The position numbers and the translations under genes are program-made. A stretch of 64,000 nt of DNA from Cenarchaeum sp. GTDB lineage: Archaea > Thermoproteota > Nitrososphaeria > Nitrososphaerales > Nitrosopumilaceae. Positions 19,927 to 30,089 of this stretch are shown in pieces; positions within the stretch are counted from its first letter, which is position 1; each line of letters begins with the position of its first letter. The notes beneath the pieces were generated by a model. That model made no database searches and was not told the origin of the DNA. It saw nothing but the letters and a program-made list of their open reading frames with translations. The DNA is taken from positions 608,001 to 672,000 of the forward strand of contig OY843768.1 of NCBI GenBank assembly GCA_963693095.2, in the 5' to 3' direction.

Positions 19927-20936
19927 CGCGAGCAGAGAACTAGCGCATAGCGGCGCGCCGAGTCATTCCATGTGCGCCTCACGCGCAGGCCGGCTCCGGC
20001 GAGCATGCCGGTGATCCCCTCTGGCGTGTACTTGTGCGAGTATTCGGTGAGGACAAGCTCCCCACGGCGCAGGCTTACGCGCTTGCCGCACACCTCTATA
20101 TCCTGCATCTCTAGTGAGCGCAGGTACATCTCTATCCTGCGCTCATCTGCATTGTACACGACATGGTGCTCGAACTTTGAGACGTCGATGCTGCCGCCGA
20201 GCTCCGAGTTTATGCGGTGGAGGAGGTTTAGGTTGAACTCTGCGGTGACTCCAGAGGCGTCATCATATGCGGGCACGAGGGCCGACTCGGGCTTGTCGAG
20301 GTCGACTCCGATGAGCAGCATGTCATCATCGCCCATCACCGAGGCGATAGTGCCAAGAAACGAGCGCGCCTCGTCATCGGCAAGGTTGCCTATGCTCGAT
20401 CCGAGAAACGCGATCAGTGCGGGCGTGTCGCCGGAGTCGTGCGCTAGGCGCAGGCCATTCTCGTACGTGTCCTCCACGCCGACTATGCGAAGCCACGCGT
20501 ACGCGTCAAGGAGGCCGCGCGAGCTGGACTCTAGCGTGCGCGAGACGTCTATTGGCGAGTACACGACGTCGCCCTGCGCCTCGTTCATCCTCTCTAGGAT
20601 TATCCTCGTCTTTGTCGACGAGCCGCTTCCGAGCTCTATCAGGCGGCAGCGCGGCGGCAGCATTGATGCAAGCTCGCCGCCGGCGCACTCGAGTATCTCA
20701 GTCTCGGCGCGCGTGAGATAGTACTCGGGCAGCGCGCATATCCTCTCAAATATCTCCGAGCCGCGCTCATCATACAGGAACCTCGCGTCTAGCCTCTTTT
20801 CCTGCCCGCACAGGCCCCGCCTCGCGCAGTCGCCAAAGTCCGCAGCAGCGCCTCCATTCTGCGGCACATAGTACTCGAGCCGGGGGGACGGACTGCGCCT
20901 CTCGTATGCCGTGCTGTGGCCTGTCTCTGTATTCGT
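19923..20936 (-). CDS. egtD: L-histidine N-alpha-methyltransferase EgtD
   Basis: [68 protein letters not shown]; start uncertain (ACG at 20936 or GTG at 20867). Confidence 0.9.
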   Translation of the reverse strand, partial: TNTETGHSTAYERRSPSPRLEYYVPQNGGAAADFGDCARRGLCGQEKRLDARFLYDERGSEIFERICALPEYYLTRAETEILECAGGELASMLPPRCRLIELGSGSSTKTRIILERMNEAQGDVVYSPIDVSRTLESSSRGLLDAYAWLRIVGVEDTYENGLRLAHDSGDTPALIAFLGSSIGNLADDEARSFLGTIASVMGDDDMLLIGVDLDKPESALVPAYDDASGVTAEFNLNLLHRINSELGGSIDVSKFEHHVVYNADERRIEMYLRSLEMQDIEVCGKRVSLRRGELVLTEYSHKYTPEGITGMLAGAGLRVRRTWNDSARRYALVLCSR

Positions 20937-20988
20937 GCGCGCCGCGCGCGGAGATTTACATAAATGCCTATTGCAACGGCGCCGACCC

Positions 20989-21942
20989 ATGGTCGGCGAA
21001 CCGCTGCTGCGCATGAGCGGGGTCTCAAAGTCGTTTCTCGGCGCGCGTGGGGGCACCGTGGACGCGGTCCGCGACGTCTCCGTTGAGGTCTCGCGCGGCG
21101 AGATACTCGTGCTAGCCGGCGAGTCCGGCTCGGGCAAGTCGACGCTAGCGAGGCTGATTCTTGGGGCCGAGAGGCGCGACTCGGGAAGCATGACGTTTGC
21201 GGGCCGCGAGATCGGCCATGGTGCGGCTGACATGTCATACGTGCGAAGGCGCTGCTCGTTCGTCCAGCAGGATCCGTACGACTCGCTAAACCCGCGCATG
21301 GCACTCGACGAGATAGTCGCCGAGCCGCTTGAGGCGCACAAGATCGGCAGTGGCCGCGAGAGGCGCGCGATCGCCACATCGGCCCTAGCGTCCGTTGGAC
21401 TAGAGCCGGCCGCCGAGTTTGCCGCGCGCCTTCCGCACGAGCTCTCCGGCGGGCAGCGCCAGCGCGTGGCCATAGCGCGTGCGCTGTCCACAAAGCCTGA
21501 CCTGATAGTGGCCGACGAGCCCGTCTCCATGCTTGACGTGTCAGTGCGGGCCGAGGTTCTCGGACTGATGCGCGAGCTGCGCGACTCGCGCGGCGTGGCG
21601 TTTGTCTATATCACGCATGACCTGGCGACTGCGCGCCACCTTGGGGACACGCTGGCACTCATGTATCACGGGCGCATAGTTGAGCACGGGCCAGTAACGC
21701 GCGTTCTCCAACGCCCGCGCCATCCGTACACGCAGGCGCTCATCGATGCGCTTCCTTCCGCTGAGCGCCGCGGGCGAATGGACACGCCCGTCATGGCCTG
21801 CGGTGCTGCGTCTAGTGGGTGCGCGTTTCGCCCCCAGTGCGCACATGCCATAGACGAGTGCAAGAGCGTGCCGACTCTTCAAAGGCGCAACGGCGAGTGG
21901 GATGTCGCGTGCTTTGCGCCCCTGGATCGCGTGGACGGCTAG
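20989..21942 (+). CDS. Oligopeptide/dipeptide ABC transporter ATP-binding protein
   Basis: GESGSGKST, QDPYDSLNPR, LSGGQRQRV, ADEPVSMLD, HPYTQAL, C.F.P.C tail. Confidence 0.93.
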   Translation: MVGEPLLRMSGVSKSFLGARGGTVDAVRDVSVEVSRGEILVLAGESGSGKSTLARLILGAERRDSGSMTFAGREIGHGAADMSYVRRRCSFVQQDPYDSLNPRMALDEIVAEPLEAHKIGSGRERRAIATSALASVGLEPAAEFAARLPHELSGGQRQRVAIARALSTKPDLIVADEPVSMLDVSVRAEVLGLMRELRDSRGVAFVYITHDLATARHLGDTLALMYHGRIVEHGPVTRVLQRPRHPYTQALIDALPSAERRGRMDTPVMACGAASSGCAFRPQCAHAIDECKSVPTLQRRNGEWDVACFAPLDRVDG

Positions 21943-24900
21943 GCCGCAACACGCTGCGCGTGGCGATCCTTGTACACCACCACGTGCGAGACGCCGTTCT
22001 TGGGATAGACGCCGTATATGAGACCGGCCCTCTTTACTACAGAGTCCTTGAGCGAGACGGCGATAAACTGGCTCTCGTCTGCGCGCTCGGCAAGTATCTT
22101 TGAGAGCCTCTCGGAGTTTGGCGTGTCAAGGTGCGCATCGACCTCGTCGAACAGGTAAAACGGCGAGGGCTTTAGCTTTTGCAGCGCGAGGACGAACACT
22201 ATGGCGGCCAGTGACTTTTCCCCGCCGCTTATGGACGCCGAGTCGCGCTTTGGCTTGTTTGGGAACTGTATGATATACGATATGCCCGAATTGAATATGT
22301 CATCCTCGTTTTGCAGCTCTATCCACGCGTTGCCGCCGGTCATCTTTTCAAATGTCTTGCGTATCTCGCCTTCCACGGTGTCAAACGCGTCAAGGAATGT
22401 CTGGCGCTTTTCCTTCTCGACACCCTCGATAAAGCTCACAATGCCGTTCCTCTCGGCCTCGAGCGAGTTCTTTTTGGCCGACGTCTCGCGGTATCCGCCT
22501 GACACCTCGATGTACTTTGCGGGCGCGCCGGCATTGAGGCTGGTCATCAGGTCAAGCTCCGCCCGCAGTGCGCGCAAGAGCGGCGCGACATCAATGTCGC
22601 CGGCGTCAGCATCCACGCTGTGCGCTGCGCACACCCTGCGCAGCGATGTCTCACTTGATGCCAGGTCGTCTAGGTCACGCCGCAGCGCGTCCTCCTGCCG
22701 CTGCGCCGATCCAATGTCCCTGCCGATCGAGCGCTCGCGCTCGCGCATCTTGCCGAGCCTTGCGTCATACTCGGACAGTTGCGAGACGGATGCGCCAGTG
22801 GTTGATATGAGCTCCTGCTCGCGCTCGCGCATCCTCACCACCCTGGCCTCGCGCTCTGACGCGTGCGACTGGAGCTCGGACACCCGCGCCTCAATGTCAG
22901 ACTGCTCGGCGACCAGCTCGGAGCGTTCGGCCTCTAGGCGCTCGATCGTCATGTCTGAGCGCTCCACCGAAGACTCGGCGGCAGTCAGCCTTGATGAGAC
23001 CTCGCGCTCCTCGGCGAGCGCGAGCCTGTCCTCGTTCTCGAGCTCTGCCTTTTTCTCGCCGAGGCGCGTGACCTCGCCGGCTATTGCGTCATGGCCATCA
23101 CCGCGCTCTGACCTTATTGCCGATATCTTTGCGTCAAGCTCCTTCACTGCGGGCTCTAGGCGAGCGACTTCGCCCTCGGCATACTCGCGCCTCTGCGCAA
23201 GCCTTGCGTTCTGCTCGTCAAGCCGACTGACAACGCGCCTTGCGCCACCAATCTTTGCCACAAGGTCATCGTGCGTGCTCTTTGATGTCGCAATGCCTGA
23301 CTCGTGCGTCGCAAGCCTTGTGCGCGCGTGCTGCATGGCTCCCTCCATGCGCAACTGCATTGCCCTCTTTTTTTCAGCATAGCGCTTTATCATGCCTATT
23401 GACTGGAGCAGCCCGTCAACGGTGGCGCCCATTGATATTCGCTTTGTCAGGTCAGTTATCCTCGAGCCCGCATCCATGATAGAGGCCGAGGCGCCGGGCT
23501 CAAAGAGCTCCCCGTCAAGCGTGACTGCCCTGTGGCCCGCTGCTGCTAGCCTGCGCGCTGCCTCCCCCGAGCCCGCAATCGCGACGTCCCCAAAGAGAAA
23601 CGCCACGATCGCCGCATGGCGGCGATCGCACCTAATGTGCTCGGCGAGGAGCCCGTCTGAGCCCTCGGGGGCCACGGGTCTTGATCGCGGTATGCCCCCT
23701 AGCGCGATCACCTTTAGGCGCGGCATGCCCTGGGAGCGCGCATACTCGGTGATGCCGACCATGGTGTCAATGTCCCTTGTGACTATGGCCTTGAGCCACT
23801 CCGAGCCTGCCGCAAGCACTGCGCGCTCGTACGCAGGATCCCAGGAGACCATCTCGTATGCGACTCCCTCGATCCCAATCTCGCCGGCATTCTCCCTGAG
23901 TCGCGACACCGAATAGTCCTCGTGCATTATGCCCTTTATGATCTTCATCTTTGCCCTGTACCGCGTTGCTGCCCTCTCGGACTTTGCGACTATGGTGCCA
24001 AGCTCCTCAATGTCCTGCGCGATTTGGGACTTTTTGGACTCTAGTGCCCCAATTCGCTCGCGCATGTCTGCGTGCGACCTAGTGTGGTATGCTATCACGC
24101 GCCGAAGTCGCGAGTCTATGGACTCGAGCCTTGCAATGTCCTCGGCGATTGCCTTGCGCCTTGACGCGTTGGCCGATGATCTCGTGTCAATCTCGCCCAT
24201 CTCCCTCTTTAGGTTTGATGCAGAGAGCGCGCCGGCATCGCGCGTGCTGGCAGCCTCCTTTGCCCTGCGCTCCGAATCCGCTGCGCGCTCTGAAATCTCG
24301 GCGTGTCGCTGCAGCGCCTCGGCTAGTGCTGCGCCGCTCTCCTCTAGCCTGCCGCCGATTCCACTCCTCCTCTCGCCAACTGTGTCAAGGGTCTTGCGCA
24401 GCGCATCGGTGTTCAGGACGGCCTCGCCCCGTTCCGCAGATGCTGACTTTACCTCTGTGTCGATCGCCGGAAGCCTCGCGCGTATGTGCGCAGCGCGGCG
24501 CTCGGCCACTGCCACGGTGCCCTTTGCCTCCTCGACCATTCGGTACGCCTCGGCTAGCTCTGTGTCGACCTCTGCCCTTGCGCGGCTGTGAGCGTCGGCC
24601 TTTGCGGCAAACTCGGCCTTTTCTGCCTCGAGTGCGGCCATCTCTGCGGACAGGGCCGTGTCCTCCTCGCGTTTCACGCGTATGCGCTCGGCAATGAGCC
24701 TGGCCTCCTCGCCCTTTGCGGCCCTCTCTGCCACAACGCCCCTGAGGCGCGCTGCGGCATCTATGGCGTTGAGGCGTGATATCTCGGCCTCTAGTGCGCC
24801 ATGGCGCAAGAACGCGTTGCGCTCGGCCTCTAGGTCATCGATGTACTTTTTGACCTCGCCCATCTTTGTCAGCGCGATCTCGAGCCGGTGGTCGGCATCA

Positions 24901-25451
24901 CTGAGCTGCTTTTGCGCCTCTTGCTTTTTCTCATCAAAGTACGACAGGCCGACGAGATCCTCGATCGCCTTTCGCTTCTCCTCGGGGGTAAACTCGGATA
25001 TCTTGGTCACGGTTCCCTGCTGGAGCGCATTGAGCTGGTTGAGGCCCGCATTTGCCATGTCGAGGAGGTCGAGCACGTGGCCGCGCTGCGACTTTTTCTT
25101 GTTCACATAGTATGTGTTGTCCCCCGAGCTGTCCATCTCGCGCGTTATCTCCACAGAGTCAGAATTGATGGGTATCTTGCGATCCGAGTTGTCAAAGACG
25201 ATGCTCGACCTGGCTATCCTCGGACCCCTGCGCTGGCCGTCAATGTCATGTATGAGTGATCGCAGCTTGTCGACCCTCATCATTCTCGGCTTGTTCTCAC
25301 CCATGGCAAATATGATCGCATCTAGTATGTTGCTCTTGCCGCTTCCGTTGGGGCCGGATATTGACACGAGGCCTGGCCTAAAGTCGACTGCCGTGGTTCT
25401 AAACCCAAACGACTTGAAGCCAAAGATCTCCACCCTCTTTATGTGAACCAC
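21939..25451 (-). CDS. smc: Chromosome segregation protein SMC
   Basis: GFKSF, GPNGSGKSN, long coiled coils with hinge (VTLDGE), SGGEKS, FYLFDEVDAHLD. Confidence 0.97.
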   Translation of the reverse strand: MVHIKRVEIFGFKSFGFRTTAVDFRPGLVSISGPNGSGKSNILDAIIFAMGENKPRMMRVDKLRSLIHDIDGQRRGPRIARSSIVFDNSDRKIPINSDSVEITREMDSSGDNTYYVNKKKSQRGHVLDLLDMANAGLNQLNALQQGTVTKISEFTPEEKRKAIEDLVGLSYFDEKKQEAQKQLSDADHRLEIALTKMGEVKKYIDDLEAERNAFLRHGALEAEISRLNAIDAAARLRGVVAERAAKGEEARLIAERIRVKREEDTALSAEMAALEAEKAEFAAKADAHSRARAEVDTELAEAYRMVEEAKGTVAVAERRAAHIRARLPAIDTEVKSASAERGEAVLNTDALRKTLDTVGERRSGIGGRLEESGAALAEALQRHAEISERAADSERRAKEAASTRDAGALSASNLKREMGEIDTRSSANASRRKAIAEDIARLESIDSRLRRVIAYHTRSHADMRERIGALESKKSQIAQDIEELGTIVAKSERAATRYRAKMKIIKGIMHEDYSVSRLRENAGEIGIEGVAYEMVSWDPAYERAVLAAGSEWLKAIVTRDIDTMVGITEYARSQGMPRLKVIALGGIPRSRPVAPEGSDGLLAEHIRCDRRHAAIVAFLFGDVAIAGSGEAARRLAAAGHRAVTLDGELFEPGASASIMDAGSRITDLTKRISMGATVDGLLQSIGMIKRYAEKKRAMQLRMEGAMQHARTRLATHESGIATSKSTHDDLVAKIGGARRVVSRLDEQNARLAQRREYAEGEVARLEPAVKELDAKISAIRSERGDGHDAIAGEVTRLGEKKAELENEDRLALAEEREVSSRLTAAESSVERSDMTIERLEAERSELVAEQSDIEARVSELQSHASEREARVVRMREREQELISTTGASVSQLSEYDARLGKMRERERSIGRDIGSAQRQEDALRRDLDDLASSETSLRRVCAAHSVDADAGDIDVAPLLRALRAELDLMTSLNAGAPAKYIEVSGGYRETSAKKNSLEAERNGIVSFIEGVEKEKRQTFLDAFDTVEGEIRKTFEKMTGGNAWIELQNEDDIFNSGISYIIQFPNKPKRDSASISGGEKSLAAIVFVLALQKLKPSPFYLFDEVDAHLDTPNSERLSKILAERADESQFIAVSLKDSVVKRAGLIYGVYPKNGVSHVVVYKDRHAQRVAA

Positions 25452-25543
25452 GCCGCACCCGCGCCTAGTGCCTAGCTCAATATTGCTTTATTGACAACAT
25501 TAGCTGACAAAACCCGTAATGGCGCGCACCACACGCCGTGGCG

Positions 25544-25864
25544 CTAGCTACCCTCTTCCTCGGCGATCTTTGCGGTGATCGACGCGATCTCGCCGAGAAT
25601 CTCCTTTCTGGCCGCCGCGTCGCCCTCTGCAGAAAGGCGCCCAGTGAGCTCCACTAGCCTCGCCTCCAGCTCGCCGCGCCGCGGCGCATCAGCACCCTCG
25701 CCGGGGGCCTTTCTCGAGGCGTCTGGCTCGCTTTGGCACGATGAGCAGAACGCGTGGCCTCCCTTCATGACACGCACGCCCTTGCAGTATGGGCACGGCT
25801 CGCTGACCATCCTGGCCCCCCCGAGGAGCATCTCGGCGGCCTTTTTGACGGCGTCATCGGCCAT
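25544..25864 (-). CDS. Zn-ribbon protein of Sjogren autoantigen p27 / UPF0148 type
   Basis: AAEMLLGGARMVSEPCPYC..G..FCSSC followed by a helical tail. Confidence 0.82.
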   Translation of the reverse strand: MADDAVKKAAEMLLGGARMVSEPCPYCKGVRVMKGGHAFCSSCQSEPDASRKAPGEGADAPRRGELEARLVELTGRLSAEGDAAARKEILGEIASITAKIAEEEGS

Positions 25865-25976
25865 GTCGATCCGGCAGGCTGGCTGGCTTAAAAGCTCGAC
25901 GCCAATCTTGATCGCAGTAGGCGCGGGCATCCCAACAAGGCTTAATAGTGCGCACGTCTCCCATGTTCTCGTACGC

Positions 25977-26285
25977 ATGGCAGTGATCTGTAGCACGTGT
26001 GGACTCCCTGAGGATCTTTGTGCGTGCGGCGAGCTCGCCAAGGACAGCGCAAAGATTATCGTCAGGCTTGAGACGCGCAGGTTCAAGAAAAAGGGCACAA
26101 TGATAGAGGGTCTTGACCCAAAGATGGGAAACCTCGAGGGCGTTGCCCGTGAGCTAAAGGCAAAGTACGCGTGTGGCGGAACCGCAAAGGAGGGCTATGT
26201 GTTTCTGCAGGGCGACCACAGGGACACGATCAAGGAGGCGCTCGTGGGCCTCGGGTTTACCGAGTCGGCCATCGAGCTGCACTAG
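25977..26285 (+). CDS. sui1: Translation initiation factor aIF-1 (SUI1)
   Basis: CSTCGLPEDLC.C, ELKAKYACGGT, LQGDHR. Confidence 0.95.
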   Translation: MAVICSTCGLPEDLCACGELAKDSAKIIVRLETRRFKKKGTMIEGLDPKMGNLEGVARELKAKYACGGTAKEGYVFLQGDHRDTIKEALVGLGFTESAIELH

Positions 26286-26302
26286 GGGAAGGGTATCCTG
26301 GC

Positions 26303-27256
26303 ATGCGGCGCCCTGCGCTGCGCGCGCTTGGCCCGCCACATGCGGCGCTCTCATCGGCACTCGTTGCCCTCATGCTCGCCTCGCTGCCAATGGGCGCGTA
26401 TGTCATGTTCAGCTCTGCAGACCTTGATGGCGAGCTTGACGGCGTAGAGTTTACGCTTGGCGGCCTTCGCGTGTCCCTGCCCGTCGGCCCGACTGTCGGA
26501 TATGCCCTAGCCGCCCTGTGGTGCGTGTATGCGGCAATGCTGGGCATCGCCCTCGTCGGCCCGCGCATTGGGTTTGCCCGTGCCATCATGCGCATTGCCG
26601 CCGGCCAGGACAACGGCGCATGGCTTCACACAAGCGCAATGGCCGCAGTGGCAAGCTGGTTTGCGGTTCTCATACTGGTGTCTGCTGCCATCAACGCAGT
26701 GCAGTCTAGCCAGGGAATAGAGATAGAGCCGCCCGAGTACGGCAACGACCTCTTGCGCCTGTATGACGCCACGCGCGCGCCGATAGCCGAGGAGGTTGGG
26801 TTTCGCATGTTGCTCATCGGCGTGCCGCTTGCGGTGATCTGCATGAGGCACATGCCTGTCACGCGCGCACTGCGATCGCTCCTGCACCCATACGCGTCAC
26901 TAGACGGGCGCGGCTCTAGAATTGCAGTCGCACTTGTGATTGGAGTCGCAGTCCTCTTTGGCGTGCTTCACGTTGTTGGTGATGGCACATGGAGCGCAGG
27001 CAAGGCGACGCAGGCCGCCGCTGCCGGAGTCATATTAGGATGGGTCTATTACCGCCACGGCCTGCTCGTCGCCATACTTGTACACTGGGCAGCCAACTAT
27101 TTTGTACTTGCGTTCCTCTACTTTGTGTCATCCTCTCCGGGAGACATTGCCGCTGTCTCCTCACACCCTGCGGCAATTGCCCTTGAGGTGCTCCTCATCG
27201 CCTCAGGGGCCGTTGCCATTGCCGCGATTGCCCTTGGACGAGGCCGCCGCCTCTAG
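26303..27256 (+). CDS. CPBP (CAAX/Abi) intramembrane protease
   Basis: APIAEEVGFR, FGVLH, G..LG..Y...GL..AILVHW..N; several TM segments. Confidence 0.88.
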   Translation: MRRPALRALGPPHAALSSALVALMLASLPMGAYVMFSSADLDGELDGVEFTLGGLRVSLPVGPTVGYALAALWCVYAAMLGIALVGPRIGFARAIMRIAAGQDNGAWLHTSAMAAVASWFAVLILVSAAINAVQSSQGIEIEPPEYGNDLLRLYDATRAPIAEEVGFRMLLIGVPLAVICMRHMPVTRALRSLLHPYASLDGRGSRIAVALVIGVAVLFGVLHVVGDGTWSAGKATQAAAAGVILGWVYYRHGLLVAILVHWAANYFVLAFLYFVSSSPGDIAAVSSHPAAIALEVLLIASGAVAIAAIALGRGRRL

Positions 27257-28000
27257 CCGATCAATCTCGTGCTTTAGGCCCTTGTACCTGTTCCTGATGG
27301 TCACCTCGGTGACATAGGCTGCGCGCGCAATGTTCTTTTGCGTCTCGTGCTCGCGCAGCCTGGTGCATGCGAGGTATAGTGCGGCTGCCGCAAGTCCCAT
27401 TGGATCCTTTCCTGCCGAGATGCCGCCTGCCTTGCTCTTTTTGAGCAGCATTGCGGCCTCTTTGCGAACGGCCTTTGTGAGTCCGGCGTTGTCCGATATG
27501 CGCTCTATGCACTCTGTTGCGTCAACGACGGGCATTGTGATGTCCAGCTCGCGCAGCATGAGCCTATAGCAGCGCGATATGTCCTTTCTTGTCGTGTTGC
27601 ATGCCTGCTGTATGTCCTTTAGCGTGACCTGCGCGCCGCATGCGCGACATGCCGCATAGAACGCCGAGGCTGTCAGCGCGGCTATCGAGCGGCCGCGCAC
27701 CAGGCTCTTCTCTATTGACATGCGGTATATCTCGTGTGCCTTCTCCATGACGTCATCTTCCACCTGCAGCGTGTCCCTCAGCGCCTCTAGCTCAATCTCG
27801 GCCTGCCGGTAGTTTCGCTCAAGTGATCGCGGCGATCCGCCCGTGGTGCCATAGTTTACGCTATTGCGCGCCTTTGCCGGCCTTGCGCGCGCTGCCTTGC
27901 CGCCCCTGCCCTTGGGGCTGGCCTTGCCCTTCGAGGCAGCCTTGCTGACCCTGGCCTTGGGGGCGTCCTTGTCTGTCTTGCCCCTGCCTGCGCCTTTCAT
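27203..28000 (-). CDS. tfb: TFB paralog lacking the Zn-ribbon, with a basic N-terminal tail
   Basis: LVRGRSI..AS.FYAACR, GKDPMGLAAAALY, TQK.IA.AA.VTEVTIRNRYK; no CxxC upstream; TTTTTAAG ~25 nt before ATG 28000. Confidence 0.88.
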   Translation of the reverse strand: MKGAGRGKTDKDAPKARVSKAASKGKASPKGRGGKAARARPAKARNSVNYGTTGGSPRSLERNYRQAEIELEALRDTLQVEDDVMEKAHEIYRMSIEKSLVRGRSIAALTASAFYAACRACGAQVTLKDIQQACNTTRKDISRCYRLMLRELDITMPVVDATECIERISDNAGLTKAVRKEAAMLLKKSKAGGISAGKDPMGLAAAALYLACTRLREHETQKNIARAAYVTEVTIRNRYKGLKHEIDRLEAAASSKGNRGNGNGP

Positions 28001-28149
28001 GACGGTCAGCAGGTTCATGTCATGACTTAAAAATCTGCTCATCAATCTGGCCCATGAAATGGCGTCAAAGCGCGACCTCGTGGCCACGCCTGTGCGTGCG
28101 CAGCGATCACTCAATAGGTTTTTAAGATAAAACTAGCGCGTGCGCCCTC

Positions 28150-28314
28150 GTGAGCAAGAACAAGGGCGCACCGCTGCCGGCCTCTAGTGCCGGACTCCTG
28201 CGCTTCTTTGAGGACGAGACAAAGGGCTTCAAGGTGGACCCAAAGATCGTCGTCTCCATGCCGATAAGCCTAATCGTCGCGTCGTGGCTGATCGACATAT
28301 TCCTTACCCCGTGA
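28150..28314 (+). CDS. secG: Preprotein translocase subunit Sec61beta (below the ORF-track cutoff)
   Basis: Manual translation VSKNKGAPLPASSAGLLRFFEDETKGFKVDPKIVVSMPISLIVASWLIDIFLTP*; AGL.RFF.E..K.DP signature. Confidence 0.92.
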   Translation: MSKNKGAPLPASSAGLLRFFEDETKGFKVDPKIVVSMPISLIVASWLIDIFLTP

Positions 28315-28321
28315 TGGGACA

Positions 28322-30070
28322 ATGAGCGCCCCGACAGACAATGTCCACAGCATCCATAGATGGCACACGCTCACCCTCATAAACCCGTCCTCACACAGGC
28401 AGTCATTCGTCTTCTCCCTGGCGATCACGCTGACGCTTGCGCTCGTTGTGCACTTTTCATACGTGGAGCCCGGCGACTGGCTAGTTGTGCACGTGCTCGC
28501 CGCCATGGCGATCCTGCCCGCAACGCAGCTTGCCGACATGCTCGCGATAAGAAACCGCGAGCACTCAAAGTCAATACACCTGTCCCTCTTTGGCACCGCA
28601 ACGTGGCTTGTGGCCGCGTCAGCAGGGGTTGGGGCCGCGGCCATACTCGGAAGGGACGTGATCCCGTCGCAGTACCTCGTCGTCGGGATGTTTGTCCTGG
28701 CGGCATTTAGGATTGGGATGCTCACGTCTGTCCTGGGTGTCAGCCTGCGCAGGGCATGGATGGTGTGCGCAATACAGCCAGTCGCGCTATTTTGCGCAAT
28801 CGTGCCGCCTGGAATGTGGAGCATGCTCTACGAGCCGGCATCACTCGCATTTGGCGCGATATTTCTCACCATTGCGACTGTGTGGTCAACGCTGACTGAC
28901 AGGGCTGGCAGGCCGCCACTGCACAGCACGCATGAGGTGATCCAGGCGTACCTCACGTCCATTCGGCATGACCATTCCGAGATGGAGGCGCTACTTGAGC
29001 GCCACTCGCACCCACTTGACGTCTCGACGACACAGCTCAGGCTTCGAAGCGGGGACGACTCGACTGACATGCGGCTTGTCCTACCAGACGTGCATCCCGG
29101 CCCATACCATCCGGTGGGGGGAAGCAACATACCGTATCTCATATACGAGCGGCTCGACTCGTCGGCAATGGTGATGCACAGCGTCTCAAACCACACGCAC
29201 AACCTGCCCTCGCGCGGGGAGGTCACGAGGTATCTTGACTCCCTTGCGTCTAGCACGGTGGCCATGTCTGGCTCCTCATGCACGGAGCCAGTTACGGCCA
29301 GGGTCAACCACGCGCGCGCCATAGGGGTGATGTTTGAGGGCAGCGCGCTGCTCGTCCTGTCGCTCTCGCCCCATGGGATGGAGGACCTGCCCACACGCGT
29401 AAAGACGGCGATCGAGGGGCATGCGCGCAAGATCGGCATCGAGCGCGTCATGGTCATTGACTCGCACAACGCAATGGGCGCCGAGATATCCGGAGACGAC
29501 GAGGATGACATGCTGTCTGCGTCACGCTCGTGCCTCGACTCCCTGCGAAGCAAGCCAATGCACCCAATGGAGGTTGGATACGCCAATTCTGCGGGGATGG
29601 CCGTCGAGGCGCCAGACATTGGCATGGGCGGCCTCGGCGTGCTCTGCCTAAGGGTGAACGGCAAGGAGCACTTTTTGGCGTGGGCCGACGCAAACAACAT
29701 GGAGAACGGCATGCGCGAGCACATTGTGGACACGCTTGCCGGCGACGGGCTTGACCTGCTTGACATCTGCACGTCAGACACGCACTTTTCACGCACGACG
29801 GTGAGGACAAAGAACGGGTACTATCAGTTTGGGGCAGTGACTCCCCGGACCGTTGCCGCATCGTGGATACTGGAGATTGCAAAGCGCGCGAGGGTGTCGG
29901 CCAGCCGCGCATCATTTGAGGTCCTAGTGGCCAGCGCGCGCGTGCGAATCATGGGCGAAAAGGTCTTTGAGGACTATTCTGCTGCGCTCTATAGGGCGCT
30001 TGGACTCACAAAGGGACTATCTGCCCTCGGATTTGGCGTGTTTATTGCGAGCCTCGTGCTCGTTCCATAG
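28322..30070 (+). CDS. DUF2070 family membrane protein
   Basis: N-terminal TMs; HPGP..GGSN.P, MH...H..N, IDSHN, DANN, TSDTH. Confidence 0.88.
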   Translation: MSAPTDNVHSIHRWHTLTLINPSSHRQSFVFSLAITLTLALVVHFSYVEPGDWLVVHVLAAMAILPATQLADMLAIRNREHSKSIHLSLFGTATWLVAASAGVGAAAILGRDVIPSQYLVVGMFVLAAFRIGMLTSVLGVSLRRAWMVCAIQPVALFCAIVPPGMWSMLYEPASLAFGAIFLTIATVWSTLTDRAGRPPLHSTHEVIQAYLTSIRHDHSEMEALLERHSHPLDVSTTQLRLRSGDDSTDMRLVLPDVHPGPYHPVGGSNIPYLIYERLDSSAMVMHSVSNHTHNLPSRGEVTRYLDSLASSTVAMSGSSCTEPVTARVNHARAIGVMFEGSALLVLSLSPHGMEDLPTRVKTAIEGHARKIGIERVMVIDSHNAMGAEISGDDEDDMLSASRSCLDSLRSKPMHPMEVGYANSAGMAVEAPDIGMGGLGVLCLRVNGKEHFLAWADANNMENGMREHIVDTLAGDGLDLLDICTSDTHFSRTTVRTKNGYYQFGAVTPRTVAASWILEIAKRARVSASRASFEVLVASARVRIMGEKVFEDYSAALYRALGLTKGLSALGFGVFIASLVLVP

Positions 30071-30089
30071 TGTCGCGCGCGCAGCGGCA

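Noticed and set aside
18629-20936. Possible selenoneine (senABC) or ovothiol cluster
   Set aside because: No senB, SelD-like senC or OvoA-type fused methyltransferase; egtB+egtD fits ergothioneine
20937-21530. 535-aa ORF suggesting a long N-terminal extension of EgtD
   Set aside because: The extension is antisense to the ABC ATPase gene and crosses a divergent promoter
22201-25446. Numerous long antisense ORFs here and throughout the window
   Set aside because: Expected from high GC and codon bias; Ser/Arg/Ala-rich with no motifs
21939-25451. SMC as part of a Wadjet/Lamassu defence system
   Set aside because: Canonical hinge-containing SMC with host GC content and housekeeping neighbours
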